A model generated the notes under the pieces. It did not search any database and was not told the origin of the DNA. It saw nothing but the letters and a program-made list of their open reading frames with translations. This document shows positions 41,620-51,154 of a stretch of 64,000 bases of DNA, piece by piece; the stretch's first letter is position 1, and each line of letters opens with the position of its first letter. This DNA is from Roseibacillus sp. (GTDB lineage: Bacteria; Verrucomicrobiota; Verrucomicrobiia; Verrucomicrobiales; Akkermansiaceae). The position numbers were made by a program, and so were the translations under genes. The DNA is taken from contig JBPOGI010000001.1 of NCBI GenBank assembly GCA_051251855.1, positions 1,248,001 to 1,312,000 of the forward strand. Direction: 5' to 3'.

Positions 41620-43476
41620 ATGAAAATCCTCTTCAACCGAAAGAACCTTCTTTCCTCTTTCGCTCTCGCCCTCTTTGCCAGCCAGGCCCAATCCGCCTCC
41701 CAAGTCACCTCCCCCGACGGCAACCTCACCGCCACCATCTCCCTCAACGAAAAAGGCGCCCCTCACTATTCCGTCAGCTACAAAGGCCAACCACTTCTCA
41801 CTGAGTCCCCCCTCGGCCTCTCGTTGAAAGACGCCCCCGCCCTCGACCAAGGATTCGCCCTCACCAGCGCCAAGACCTCTACTAACGACACCACTTGGAC
41901 TCCCTTCGCCGGCGAGAACAATACCGTACGCGACCACTACAACCAACTCTCCATCGGGCTCTCACAAAGGGAGACTGCCCAAAAACTCAACCTCACCTTC
42001 CGCGCTTTCGACGAGGGCCTCGCCTTTGCCTACGAGATCCCCAAACAAGACCAGTTCACCGACTTCACCATCACCAAGGAACTCACCGAATTCCACTTTC
42101 TCACCGACCATTTCTGCTGGGACACCAAAGACCCCCAAGAACACTACCAGCGCATCCCTCTCTCCAAAATTGACAAAGGCTGCAAACGACCCCTCGTCGT
42201 CGAAGTCTCCGGCGGCCCCTACCTCGCCATCGGCGAAGCACGCATGGTCGACTACTCCCGCTTCAGCTTCCAAAACGCCTCCGCCCCCCACAGCCTTGCA
42301 CTCAAGCTCGATAGCGTCGTCACCGCCACCGCTCCTTACTCCACCCCTTGGCGCTACCTCATGATTGGCGACACCCCCGGCCAGCTCATCGAGAATAACC
42401 ACCTCGTCCCCAACCTCAACGACCCCTGCGCCATTGCCGACCCCTCGTGGATTCGTCCCGGCAAAGCGATTCGCTCTGAGCTCAGCACCAAAGACTGCCT
42501 CGCCACCATCGACTGGATCAAAAAGATGAACGCCACCTACCTGCTGATCGATGCCGGTTGGTATGGAAACGAAATGAAGAACGAATCCGACGCCACCACC
42601 GTCACCGTCGATCCCAATCGCGAGTGCGGTCCCTTCGACCTTCAAAAAATCATCGATTACGGCAAAAAGCACGACGTCGGAGTCATCCTCTACGTCAACC
42701 GCCGGGCCCTCGAAAAACAACTCGATGACCTTCTCCCTCTTTTCCAAGAATGGGGTGTCGCAGGCATCAAGTTTGGCTTCGTTAATACCGGCCCCCAAGA
42801 GTGGACCAAATGGCTTCACGAATCGGTCCAGAAGTGCGCCGAATACGAAATCGTCGTTGATATTCATGACGACTATCGCCCCACCGGATGGAGTCGCACC
42901 TACCCCAACCTCCTCACCCAAGAAGGCGTGCGCGGAAATGAAGAAATGCCTGATGCGGAAAACAACCTCATCCTCCCCTTCACCCGCTATCTCTGCGGCC
43001 CAGCTGACTACACTGTTTGCTACTACTCCGGTCGTTTGCAAACAACTCGCGCACACCAACTCGCCGCCTCCATTGTCTACTTCAGCCCCCTTCAACTCCT
43101 CTTTTGGTATGACGGACCGGACAAATACAAAGGAGAACCCGAGCTCGATATTTTTAAACACGTCCACACTACTTGGGATGAAACCAAAATCGTCCAGGGC
43201 CAGATCGGCCAATACATCACCGCCGCCCGCCGCAAAGACGAGCAATGGTTCATCGGCAGCATGAACGCCGGCGAGCGCCGCCAACTCGAAATCCCCCTCA
43301 CCTTCCTCAAGCCCGGCGTCACCTACACAGCTAGCATCAACTCTGATTCCAGCCCCGAAGGAGAAGTCCGCACCAAGGTCAAACACGAAACCCAAACTGT
43401 AACCTCCCAAACCGTCCTTAGCGCCGACATGGCTGACAATGGCGGACAAGCAATCTTACTCACCCCCCTTCATTAA
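41620..43476 (+). CDS. Glycoside hydrolase family 97 protein
   Basis: VTSPDGNL, VRDHYNQL, FRAFDEGLAFAY, TPWR, LIDAGWY, RPTGWSRTYPNLLTQEGVRGNE, LPFTRYLCGPADYT, TRAHQLA and TTWDET. Confidence 0.93.
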   Translation: MKILFNRKNLLSSFALALFASQAQSASQVTSPDGNLTATISLNEKGAPHYSVSYKGQPLLTESPLGLSLKDAPALDQGFALTSAKTSTNDTTWTPFAGENNTVRDHYNQLSIGLSQRETAQKLNLTFRAFDEGLAFAYEIPKQDQFTDFTITKELTEFHFLTDHFCWDTKDPQEHYQRIPLSKIDKGCKRPLVVEVSGGPYLAIGEARMVDYSRFSFQNASAPHSLALKLDSVVTATAPYSTPWRYLMIGDTPGQLIENNHLVPNLNDPCAIADPSWIRPGKAIRSELSTKDCLATIDWIKKMNATYLLIDAGWYGNEMKNESDATTVTVDPNRECGPFDLQKIIDYGKKHDVGVILYVNRRALEKQLDDLLPLFQEWGVAGIKFGFVNTGPQEWTKWLHESVQKCAEYEIVVDIHDDYRPTGWSRTYPNLLTQEGVRGNEEMPDAENNLILPFTRYLCGPADYTVCYYSGRLQTTRAHQLAASIVYFSPLQLLFWYDGPDKYKGEPELDIFKHVHTTWDETKIVQGQIGQYITAARRKDEQWFIGSMNAGERRQLEIPLTFLKPGVTYTASINSDSSPEGEVRTKVKHETQTVTSQTVLSADMADNGGQAILLTPLH

Positions 43477-43564
43477 CCCTTCTCTCCCAGCATGTTCAGC
43501 CGAAAACGAAGCCGAAAACCCTCCCCCTGTCAGAATCCTCTCCAGCCGCTGGGAGCGGCCGCTT

Positions 43565-43609
43565 ATAGGACAAAAGACCCATTGACGAGTTTTGGGCCTC
43601 CTATACGGT
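43565..43609 (+). promoter_or_regulatory. Conserved operator plus sigma70-like promoter (copy 3)
   Basis: ATAGGACAAAAGACCCATTGACG (43565-43587, containing TTGACG), then a 16-nt spacer and TACGGT. Confidence 0.7.
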
Positions 43610-43747
43610 TCATCTTCTTAGTGGATATCGTTGGATCTTTTTTGACGATTTTCTTCAAATTTTTATAAATTGGCATCAAAACGAAAGCCCTTTAAAAGTC
43701 TCTCTTCAACAAACAACGCTCGCATCTCAAAAAATTAGAATAAAACC

Positions 43748-46711
43748 ATGAAATTCAAAAGACTCTTCAGTCCATATTCAGCATTCGCGCTCTGTTTCGC
43801 CGCCAATCTGCCCCTCAGTGCTCAGATATCCACCTGGAACGGAGGAGGAGCGGACACCAATTGGTCCACTGCCGCCAACTGGGACTTTATTCCGATCGAT
43901 GGAGATAACTTGGTCTTCGACGGCACGACCGCTCTCACCAATACCAACGATTTCATCACCTCGCTCGGCAGCGCTGGCGCAGCCTTCACCTTCCCGGTAA
44001 CTGCGGACTCCTTTGTGATTAACGACGGCGGAGCAGGGACCGTCACTATCGGCACCGCTGGTGCCAATGGTGACCTCGCGAATGTGGATAGCATTGCGCC
44101 CCAGGAAATTGCACTCGACCTCCAGCTTGCGGGCGGCAACAAGGCCAACATTATCAACCTCGCGGCCGGGAGTAAGCTCACGCTCAGCGGAAACATCGAC
44201 TCCTCCAACAACTGGCTCTTCCCGAACGGCGGAGCAGGCACTGTTGAACTCACCGGCAACAACACGGGGCCGGGCAATGGAATGCACACAGGAGGCACCA
44301 ACAACATCCGTGGCTTCATGCGACTCAACTCCAGCGGCCAAACCATCGCCCTCGGCAGCCCGACTGCCTTGGGAGATCCCAATGTAGACTTCGCAAATCA
44401 ACGTGGACTCCGGATGAATACCGGCAGCCAGACCCTCACCACCGTGGGCGGCATGGATCTCGTCGGTCCGAACATGGTCAACAACACCATCAGCTTCAAC
44501 GAAAGCACCAGCTACATCGGTGCCGGCGACCTTGAAGTAGGTGGCCTCGTCTACACCAAGACCAACGGTCGGGCTTGGAGTGTCGATGGCGGCGGTGAAT
44601 TCATTATTTCAGGACAAGGAGTGATGATGACCACTCGGACCGCAGCACAAGTGATGATCCTACAGCCTCTCAACGGCAACGTTATCACCGTCAACGGTCA
44701 GGTTCACGACACCTTCCAAAGTGGCGGGATCGAGACTAAGCTGAATGGTAACGGTACGGTGCCAGCCGATGGCATACTACGCCTCCAGGGTAGCGGCACC
44801 ATCAACCTCAATGCCAATAGCAGCACAACGATGAATGCCGAGGTCCTCCTCAACAGCGCCAACATCACCGTCAAACTTGGCGACGCCAACGCACTCGGAT
44901 CCTCTGGAGACCCCTTCGAACAGGAGGTATCCGTGGACAAGCTGTCCAACACCTACACGACCGCCCCTACCAACGAAATTGACGTCGCAGACACGGTTGG
45001 CATTGAAGTAGGTTACCTCATTAGCGGCCCCGGAATCCCAATTGGAACCTTAGTCACCGGAGTGGATGCGGGTGCCAACACTGTCACCATGGATATGGAC
45101 GCAACCGCGGATGCCGTCGGTGTCACCTTGAACTTTGCGCAGCTAGCTTCTGTGGACAAGGTGTCTAGCACCTTCATTGATGCCCCTGCTAACGAAATTA
45201 ACGTCGCAGATACTGACGGTATTGAAGTGGGTGCCGAGATTAGCGGCCCCGGAATCCCAATTGGAACCGTAGTCACCGGATTCGATGCGGTTGCCAACAC
45301 TGTCACCATGGATATGGACGCGACTGCGGCTGCCTTTGATGTCATTTTGACCTTCGCTAGCTCCTCAACCCCAGCCACCGAGACCATCACCCCCGGACGG
45401 ACCGACATGAACGCCGGAGTCCTCGACCTGAATGGTTTCGCCGTCAACGAGACTTTTGTGAGGCTCGGCAGCGGTCACCGGTTCTTCAACAGCAACACGG
45501 GCACTCCAGCTGAAGTTCTCACCGAAATCGTCGGCCAGGGATTCTTGCGCGTCGATGGCCCAGGAGATTTGGTCTTCAATAACGTCCGTCACCCAGGAGG
45601 CGTCGGCCGCGGAACCATTAAAGATGGAGCAGGCACCCTCACTCTTGGAGGTGACGTCAGCAACAACCGTTATGGTCTGACCGTTAACGAAGGAAACGTC
45701 ATTCTCGCGAAAACCGCTGGCGAAGCCGTCTCCCGCTTTGCTCTCATCCTGAACAATGCAGCCAGCACGGTGACGCTCACCAACGTCGGCGAGCAAATCG
45801 GAAACCAAACCGACGTCAACGGATTGCACCAGATCAACGAGGGCACCCTCGACCTGAATGGATTCGATGAAAGCCTAGGTGCGCTGAGCACAACCAACGG
45901 AACGGAGCACGGCGGCATCGTTACCAATGGCAACACTGGCACGACCTCCACCCTCACCCTTCTTGGTGCGGGCACTGACGCCACCTTCCCTGGCACCATC
46001 TCCGGCGACCTCAACCTCGTCAAAGGAGGCGCACCCACCCAAACCCTGACCGGAACCCTCGCCTACACCGGCGACACTACCATCAACGACGGTATTTTGG
46101 CCTTGGGAGCAACCTCTGACCTCGACGACAACTCTGCCGTGTTCATTAACGGCCTAGGTGGCATAGATATCGCCGCAGGTGTCACCGATGTGGTGGACCA
46201 ACTCTGGATTGATGGCGCGCAGCAAGCTGCCGGAACTTATGGTTCTGTCGGTTCAGGTGCCACCAACGAAGACAACTTCCTCTACCCGGGAGATGGAATT
46301 CTCTCTGTCACCAGCGACCCAGTTACCGGATCGGCAGACTACGACACTTGGGCGGCATCATTCAGCCTCACCGGCGGTCCTACCGACGATGACGACAACG
46401 ATGGTGTGAGCAACAACGACGAGTATGCCTTTGGCTTGGACCCTACCAGCGGAAGCTCGGTATGCCCGTTCACCGGCCTTCTTGAGATGAGCGCTGGCAC
46501 CTTCAGCTACACTCGCCGTGACCCAGTCGACAGCAACTTGACCTACACCGTCTACACTTCCACCACTTTGGAAGCCGCTGACTGGACCCTCGATGCCACT
46601 GCTACTCAAATCGCAGGAGCGACCGATGGCGCCGGCAACCAAACTGTTGACGTCACTCTCTCAACCGTGCCCACCGCGACGAAATTATTCGTCCGCGTAG
46701 AGGCCAACTAA
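43748..46711 (+). CDS. Secreted beta-helix protein with autotransporter-associated beta-strand repeats
   Basis: Signal peptide, TWNGGGADTNWSTAANW, KDGAGTLTLGG, LVKGGAPTQTLTGTLAYTGDTTINDGIL, and C-terminal DDDNDGVSNNDEYAFGLDP domain. No beta-barrel. Confidence 0.82.
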   Translation: MKFKRLFSPYSAFALCFAANLPLSAQISTWNGGGADTNWSTAANWDFIPIDGDNLVFDGTTALTNTNDFITSLGSAGAAFTFPVTADSFVINDGGAGTVTIGTAGANGDLANVDSIAPQEIALDLQLAGGNKANIINLAAGSKLTLSGNIDSSNNWLFPNGGAGTVELTGNNTGPGNGMHTGGTNNIRGFMRLNSSGQTIALGSPTALGDPNVDFANQRGLRMNTGSQTLTTVGGMDLVGPNMVNNTISFNESTSYIGAGDLEVGGLVYTKTNGRAWSVDGGGEFIISGQGVMMTTRTAAQVMILQPLNGNVITVNGQVHDTFQSGGIETKLNGNGTVPADGILRLQGSGTINLNANSSTTMNAEVLLNSANITVKLGDANALGSSGDPFEQEVSVDKLSNTYTTAPTNEIDVADTVGIEVGYLISGPGIPIGTLVTGVDAGANTVTMDMDATADAVGVTLNFAQLASVDKVSSTFIDAPANEINVADTDGIEVGAEISGPGIPIGTVVTGFDAVANTVTMDMDATAAAFDVILTFASSSTPATETITPGRTDMNAGVLDLNGFAVNETFVRLGSGHRFFNSNTGTPAEVLTEIVGQGFLRVDGPGDLVFNNVRHPGGVGRGTIKDGAGTLTLGGDVSNNRYGLTVNEGNVILAKTAGEAVSRFALILNNAASTVTLTNVGEQIGNQTDVNGLHQINEGTLDLNGFDESLGALSTTNGTEHGGIVTNGNTGTTSTLTLLGAGTDATFPGTISGDLNLVKGGAPTQTLTGTLAYTGDTTINDGILALGATSDLDDNSAVFINGLGGIDIAAGVTDVVDQLWIDGAQQAAGTYGSVGSGATNEDNFLYPGDGILSVTSDPVTGSADYDTWAASFSLTGGPTDDDDNDGVSNNDEYAFGLDPTSGSSVCPFTGLLEMSAGTFSYTRRDPVDSNLTYTVYTSTTLEAADWTLDATATQIAGATDGAGNQTVDVTLSTVPTATKLFVRVEAN
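44930..45358 (+). repeat. Intragenic tandem duplication, 219-bp (73-aa) period
   Basis: GTGGACAAG at 44933 and 45152. Both copies encode SVDK.S...P.NEI.VADT.GIEVG..ISGPGIPIGT.VTG.DA.ANTVTMDMDATA. Confidence 0.93.
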
Positions 46712-46738
46712 ACAATCAACCTAATAACCTAGAATATA

Positions 46739-47845
46739 ATGAAACTAAAACGCCGAATAGGCACCCTACTGTCCCCCAGTATGAAAAATAAAAAGAAAAC
46801 TAGTGAATTGACCAAATGGTGCGGACTTTGTGCCGCCATGGTCGTGATGACTCCTACGGCTTCGAACGCCGCCGCCTGGGTCGGTGGAACTGGCGTTTGG
46901 CATGACCCTACAGGTTGGAGCACTGGCGACGTGCCCGATTCTGCTGCTCCAGAGAACTTTCAACTGAATGCTGACGGAGGCCATTTAACTGCCAACGCAG
47001 CTACTTGGACTTACTTGGCCGCTAACAATCTGCTCGCTACCTCAACCAGCTATACTGGGGTGCAGCGGGCGCTTTTTGGTCAGACTGCATCCGGCACCCA
47101 AACGGTGAGTTTCACTCTGGATATTGGCGATGCCAACGCGTTCCTGCTGGGTGCAGATTCCAATAACAACTTTGGGGAGAGACAGAACACCACCACCACG
47201 GTCAATATTGTCAGTGGCACAATGCAAACAGGGAGGATTACGACCATTGCGAATAATGCTGCTGGAACCGCAACTCTGAATATCTCCGGCGGAAAATTTA
47301 CGGTGGGACGCCGCCAGCTCATAGTAGGCCAAAACGGAAGTGATGCGCTTGTCAGCATCTCTGGCGGCATTTTGACAACACGCTCTGGCATGGAGGTTGA
47401 TGTCAACAGCACATTTGAGGTGCTCGGCAGTGGTGCCACTCAAATCGGCATTGGCTCCCATTTGGGCGGCGATGGCTTTGCCACCATCAATGGCTCGTTG
47501 AGTGCCATGATCGACGCTGGTGGAGTGACGCCTATTTTCGTTGATGACCTAGGTGGTGGCGCTGCCGCGACATTCAACGCAGGTTCTGAATTGGACCTTG
47601 GTTTCCTCGGCACCCCAGCGGCCCCTGGCTCATGGACCGTGCTTGAACTCGAAGGCGCTGACATTATTGACAATGGTCTCGCCCTTTCAGCCGCTACCTT
47701 GGCTGATCCGAACTGGGAATTCTCCATCGACAACGATGGAACTAATGGCCTGCTAGTTGCGACTTACATCCCTGAGCCAAGCACTTCATTGCTTGCTGGT
47801 TCGGCTCTTCTCCTTGGACTCGGCTTCCGCCGTCGCAAGGCCTAA
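46739..47845 (+). CDS. PEP-CTERM sorting-domain surface protein
   Basis: C-terminus IPEPSTSLLAGSALLLGLGFRRRKA and an N-terminal signal peptide. Alternative start at 46781. Confidence 0.92.
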   Translation: MKLKRRIGTLLSPSMKNKKKTSELTKWCGLCAAMVVMTPTASNAAAWVGGTGVWHDPTGWSTGDVPDSAAPENFQLNADGGHLTANAATWTYLAANNLLATSTSYTGVQRALFGQTASGTQTVSFTLDIGDANAFLLGADSNNNFGERQNTTTTVNIVSGTMQTGRITTIANNAAGTATLNISGGKFTVGRRQLIVGQNGSDALVSISGGILTTRSGMEVDVNSTFEVLGSGATQIGIGSHLGGDGFATINGSLSAMIDAGGVTPIFVDDLGGGAAATFNAGSELDLGFLGTPAAPGSWTVLELEGADIIDNGLALSAATLADPNWEFSIDNDGTNGLLVATYIPEPSTSLLAGSALLLGLGFRRRKA

Positions 47846-47869
47846 GAGCTAATCGAATTCTTCTCTTTC

Positions 47870-47902
47870 AAGCCGCAGCCTCTCATCGGGCTGCGGCTTT
47901 TT
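47870..47902 (+). terminator. Rho-independent terminator
   Basis: AAGCCGCAGCC-tctcatcg-GGCTGCGGCTT followed by TTT, just after the PEP-CTERM gene. Confidence 0.85.
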
Positions 47903-47930
47903 CAAGTCCCCCACTCTCTCAATCTACCTT

Positions 47931-50900
47931 ATGAAAACGTCCTCTCTCGCTCTCGCGTCTTTTTTGAGCCTTGGCCTTCCATCCCTCGCCGCCGACGGCA
48001 TCTGGTCCGAACAAACCGGTGGCAGCTGGTCAGATTCTACCAATTGGTCAGGCAACACCATCGCCAGTGGCCCGGGAGCCTACGCCAACTTCCGATCCCA
48101 AAATTGGGCCAATGCTCTCGCGGTGGACTTGGACATCGATATCACAGTGGGACAGCTCCTTTACCGCGACAACGGGGGAGTCAACCGTGACATGACCCTC
48201 AATTCTTCCTCAGGAAAAATTCTTACTCTCGCAGGAGGTGGTATCCAAAGCCCGCCCGAGATATCAGCGCTCAACCGCAGCCTCACTATCAATGCCTCCA
48301 TCGCCGGAACAGAAGGCGCCTCTCTCTCCAGCCTACAAGGCGGCCGATTCCTCAATCTCCAAGCACCCTCCCTCTACACCGGCAACACCTTGATTACTCC
48401 AGGAGGCGGAACTGTTCTCGTTGGAAGCGCAGCAAGCCTAGGCACCGGCACCGTGACCGTTCAAGACGATGCTGACGCCGCCGACATCGACCTCCGACTA
48501 GAGAGCTCTCAGGCGCTCTCCGCACAGAGCTCACTCACCATTGAGAACAATGCAAAGGTCTTCCTGAACTTCACAGGCAACACCCTTCTCGTCGACAGCC
48601 TCACCATCAATGGCAGCTCGCTTGCCGGTGGAACCTACGACGCCACTACCCACCCCAACTCCTTTTCCGGCACCGGCAGCATCACGACCCCATTTTCCAC
48701 CAACGGCGACGGCAATTGGATCAACCTCACCGAGAGCGATGTGAGCTGGACCGACCCCACGATGTGGGAAAATGGCGTTATCGCCTTCGGGGTCGATCGC
48801 ATTGCCGACTTCCACAATGGCGGCCAAGACCACCTCTCAGGAAAAACCGTCGACCTCTCCACCGACATCACCATTGCCCAAATCATTTATCGCGACAGCG
48901 GCAGCCCCAACCGCGACCTCGTCTTCGCCAGCGAAAACGGTAGCGAACTCATCATGGCGACCACCACAGGCAGCCCTCTCATCTGGGCACTCAATCGGAG
49001 CATCTATCTCGACGTCCCGATTTCCGGAAACAGCGGACTCAGTCTTCGAAGCGATAACGCCTCCAGCCCAGGAGTCACTTTGCGCCAACGCAACAGCTAC
49101 ACGGGACTCACCACAATTATAGACAGTGGAGGCTCCCCCACTATCACCTATCCAGGAGACTTGGGAGACAGCGATGTCCTCGTCGAAAATGATACCTCGG
49201 ACTCTGGAGTCGAATTGGAGCTCCAACACAGCCTCGCCATTCGCCCTGCTGCCTCCTTAGAGATCGAAAGCGGCGCTACCATTCTCCTCGATTTCGGAAC
49301 CGCCAAACCAAACGAAGCCGACCCATCAGACATGTATCTTACCTCCCTTGTTTTGGGAGCAGACACTCTTCCGCCCGGCATCTACAATGCCTCCACCCAT
49401 CCCAGCTACCTTCAAGGCGAGGGAGAAATCGTAGTGCAAATTTCACGCTCCGACTACACACTCGAACTCACTCCCGCAGCCCTCGACGAACTCAATCTCT
49501 CTTGGAAAAGCATCTACGGAAAAGTCTACGATATTGAGGAATCGACTACCCTGCTCCCCGATAGCTGGAGCACAATCGGAACCGTCAACGCGACTCCTCC
49601 CGACAACGCCTCTCTCGTCACCTCCTCAAGCGACCCCGCTGCCTTTTATCGTATCGGCGAACGCGCCGACCTTCTCCCAGCCGTTCGCGCGGGTGTCATT
49701 GCCAAGCTCGATTTCTACATCACGAATAACTATCTAGTGGACCAAAACACCACTCCGGGTGACATCCGCAACGGACAGTTCCACAACTCCGACAACATGC
49801 GCCAATCGGAGTGCACCCCCGTCCTCGTCTACGCCTACCTGCAACCCGACAGCCAGTATTACCAAGACCCCGCCGTGCTCGAGGCCGCCATCCGGTCCGT
49901 GGACTACATGGTGCGTGGTCAGGGAATCAATGGCGGCTTCAACGAGAACCACGGCTGGTGCGGAGTCCCCAATCGCACCAACGGAAAAAGCTCCGTCACC
50001 GGCTTCACCTTCCACGCCCTTGGCTCTGCCATTGAATTAATGGCCGGGCTCCCCGAGATGCAACCACGCCTGCTAGAACTCATGGACCAGAATGGCACCG
50101 GCACCAACACCACCGTTCGCCGCACCGCTTGGCAAAGCATGCTCAGTCAGGCCATGCCCTTTCAATTTTCAGGAAATGGTCGCGGCCACGCCCCCAACCA
50201 AGACCTCTGTGCACTGATGGGAGTCTACAAAATCAACGACGCCTACGCCGCCCTCACCAACGGCACCCTCCTCAAGACTCCTGCCGAAATCGCGGTCCTC
50301 TCCAACGAAATCTTCTACGGCCAACCATCCGCTGCCTCCAGCCGACCCGACGGCAAATGGTTCACCAGCACCGGAATGCTGGGCGAGCACGGACATGACT
50401 TCTACGGCTACGACGGAAACTATGGCGTCATCGTCACCCTGAACTATCTGGGCGTTCTCGCTCCCCACGACGCCATTGCCGCCAATTTCCTCGCCACCCT
50501 CTACGCCGAGTCGATCCAATACTTCCTCGTTCCCGATTCCGCGGCCAAGATTGGCGTCTTTGCGGAAAACGCGATCTCCCGACGTTCCACGGGCGACCCT
50601 CTCAACCAAGGCATCCTCCCCTTGGGTCTCACCCACACTCATCATCCCGCCATGCAGCGCCTCTACGGGATTGCGATGCCCTACTTTGCTGCGGCCGCCG
50701 AGGCAAACATCTCCTTCAGCTCACCCAATATGTTCCAAGTCGGGGTCTGGATGTATTGCGAATGGCTGGAACAGCTCTCTGAGCCCGTAGAAACCGACTA
50801 TCGCGTCCCCGCCGAGCGCAACGAAGCGTGGACCTTCACCGACACCACCTTCAAAACCCAAGTCTCCAAGACAGCCAACGGCCCCATCACCTTCTACGTC

Positions 50901-50987
50901 GAGCATTGGGACGACGCTGCTACCGCCCGCCGCCACATCTGGAACCTCCCCCCTGAAACAATTCCCAGCCTCGGAGTTTTCCCTTAA
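47931..50987 (+). CDS. Secreted modular protein: two duplicated beta-helix modules, an internal Ig-like domain and a putative (alpha/alpha) lyase-like C-domain
   Basis: Signal peptide. Duplicated DG.W..SW.D...W...IA.G....A.F...VDL..DIT..Q..YRD.G..NRD...ALNRS module. C-domain has AYLQPDSQYYQDPAVLEAAIRSVDY, GHAPNQ and GYDGNY. Confidence 0.7.
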   Translation: MKTSSLALASFLSLGLPSLAADGIWSEQTGGSWSDSTNWSGNTIASGPGAYANFRSQNWANALAVDLDIDITVGQLLYRDNGGVNRDMTLNSSSGKILTLAGGGIQSPPEISALNRSLTINASIAGTEGASLSSLQGGRFLNLQAPSLYTGNTLITPGGGTVLVGSAASLGTGTVTVQDDADAADIDLRLESSQALSAQSSLTIENNAKVFLNFTGNTLLVDSLTINGSSLAGGTYDATTHPNSFSGTGSITTPFSTNGDGNWINLTESDVSWTDPTMWENGVIAFGVDRIADFHNGGQDHLSGKTVDLSTDITIAQIIYRDSGSPNRDLVFASENGSELIMATTTGSPLIWALNRSIYLDVPISGNSGLSLRSDNASSPGVTLRQRNSYTGLTTIIDSGGSPTITYPGDLGDSDVLVENDTSDSGVELELQHSLAIRPAASLEIESGATILLDFGTAKPNEADPSDMYLTSLVLGADTLPPGIYNASTHPSYLQGEGEIVVQISRSDYTLELTPAALDELNLSWKSIYGKVYDIEESTTLLPDSWSTIGTVNATPPDNASLVTSSSDPAAFYRIGERADLLPAVRAGVIAKLDFYITNNYLVDQNTTPGDIRNGQFHNSDNMRQSECTPVLVYAYLQPDSQYYQDPAVLEAAIRSVDYMVRGQGINGGFNENHGWCGVPNRTNGKSSVTGFTFHALGSAIELMAGLPEMQPRLLELMDQNGTGTNTTVRRTAWQSMLSQAMPFQFSGNGRGHAPNQDLCALMGVYKINDAYAALTNGTLLKTPAEIAVLSNEIFYGQPSAASSRPDGKWFTSTGMLGEHGHDFYGYDGNYGVIVTLNYLGVLAPHDAIAANFLATLYAESIQYFLVPDSAAKIGVFAENAISRRSTGDPLNQGILPLGLTHTHHPAMQRLYGIAMPYFAAAAEANISFSSPNMFQVGVWMYCEWLEQLSEPVETDYRVPAERNEAWTFTDTTFKTQVSKTANGPITFYVEHWDDAATARRHIWNLPPETIPSLGVFP

Positions 50988-51154
50988 TCTACCAGAGATG
51001 ACGTGCAATGGAGTCCACTTCACACTGCTCCATTGGTTGACCTACTAGTCTTAAAGCTCAAAAAAAACCAATGTCACAAAATTAATATCGTGAGACACTA
51101 GCTCCATTACTTCTCTAGGAAAGCTTTCAACGGCCCCAACGATCTGTATATCGT

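Noticed and set aside
41962..43449. 495-aa minus-strand ORF
   Set aside because: Antisense shadow of the GH97 gene, with the same cause.
51006..51097. Short inverted repeats between convergent genes (CAATGGAG/CTCCATTG)
   Set aside because: 8-bp arms with a long loop and no U-tract, too weak to call a terminator or operator.
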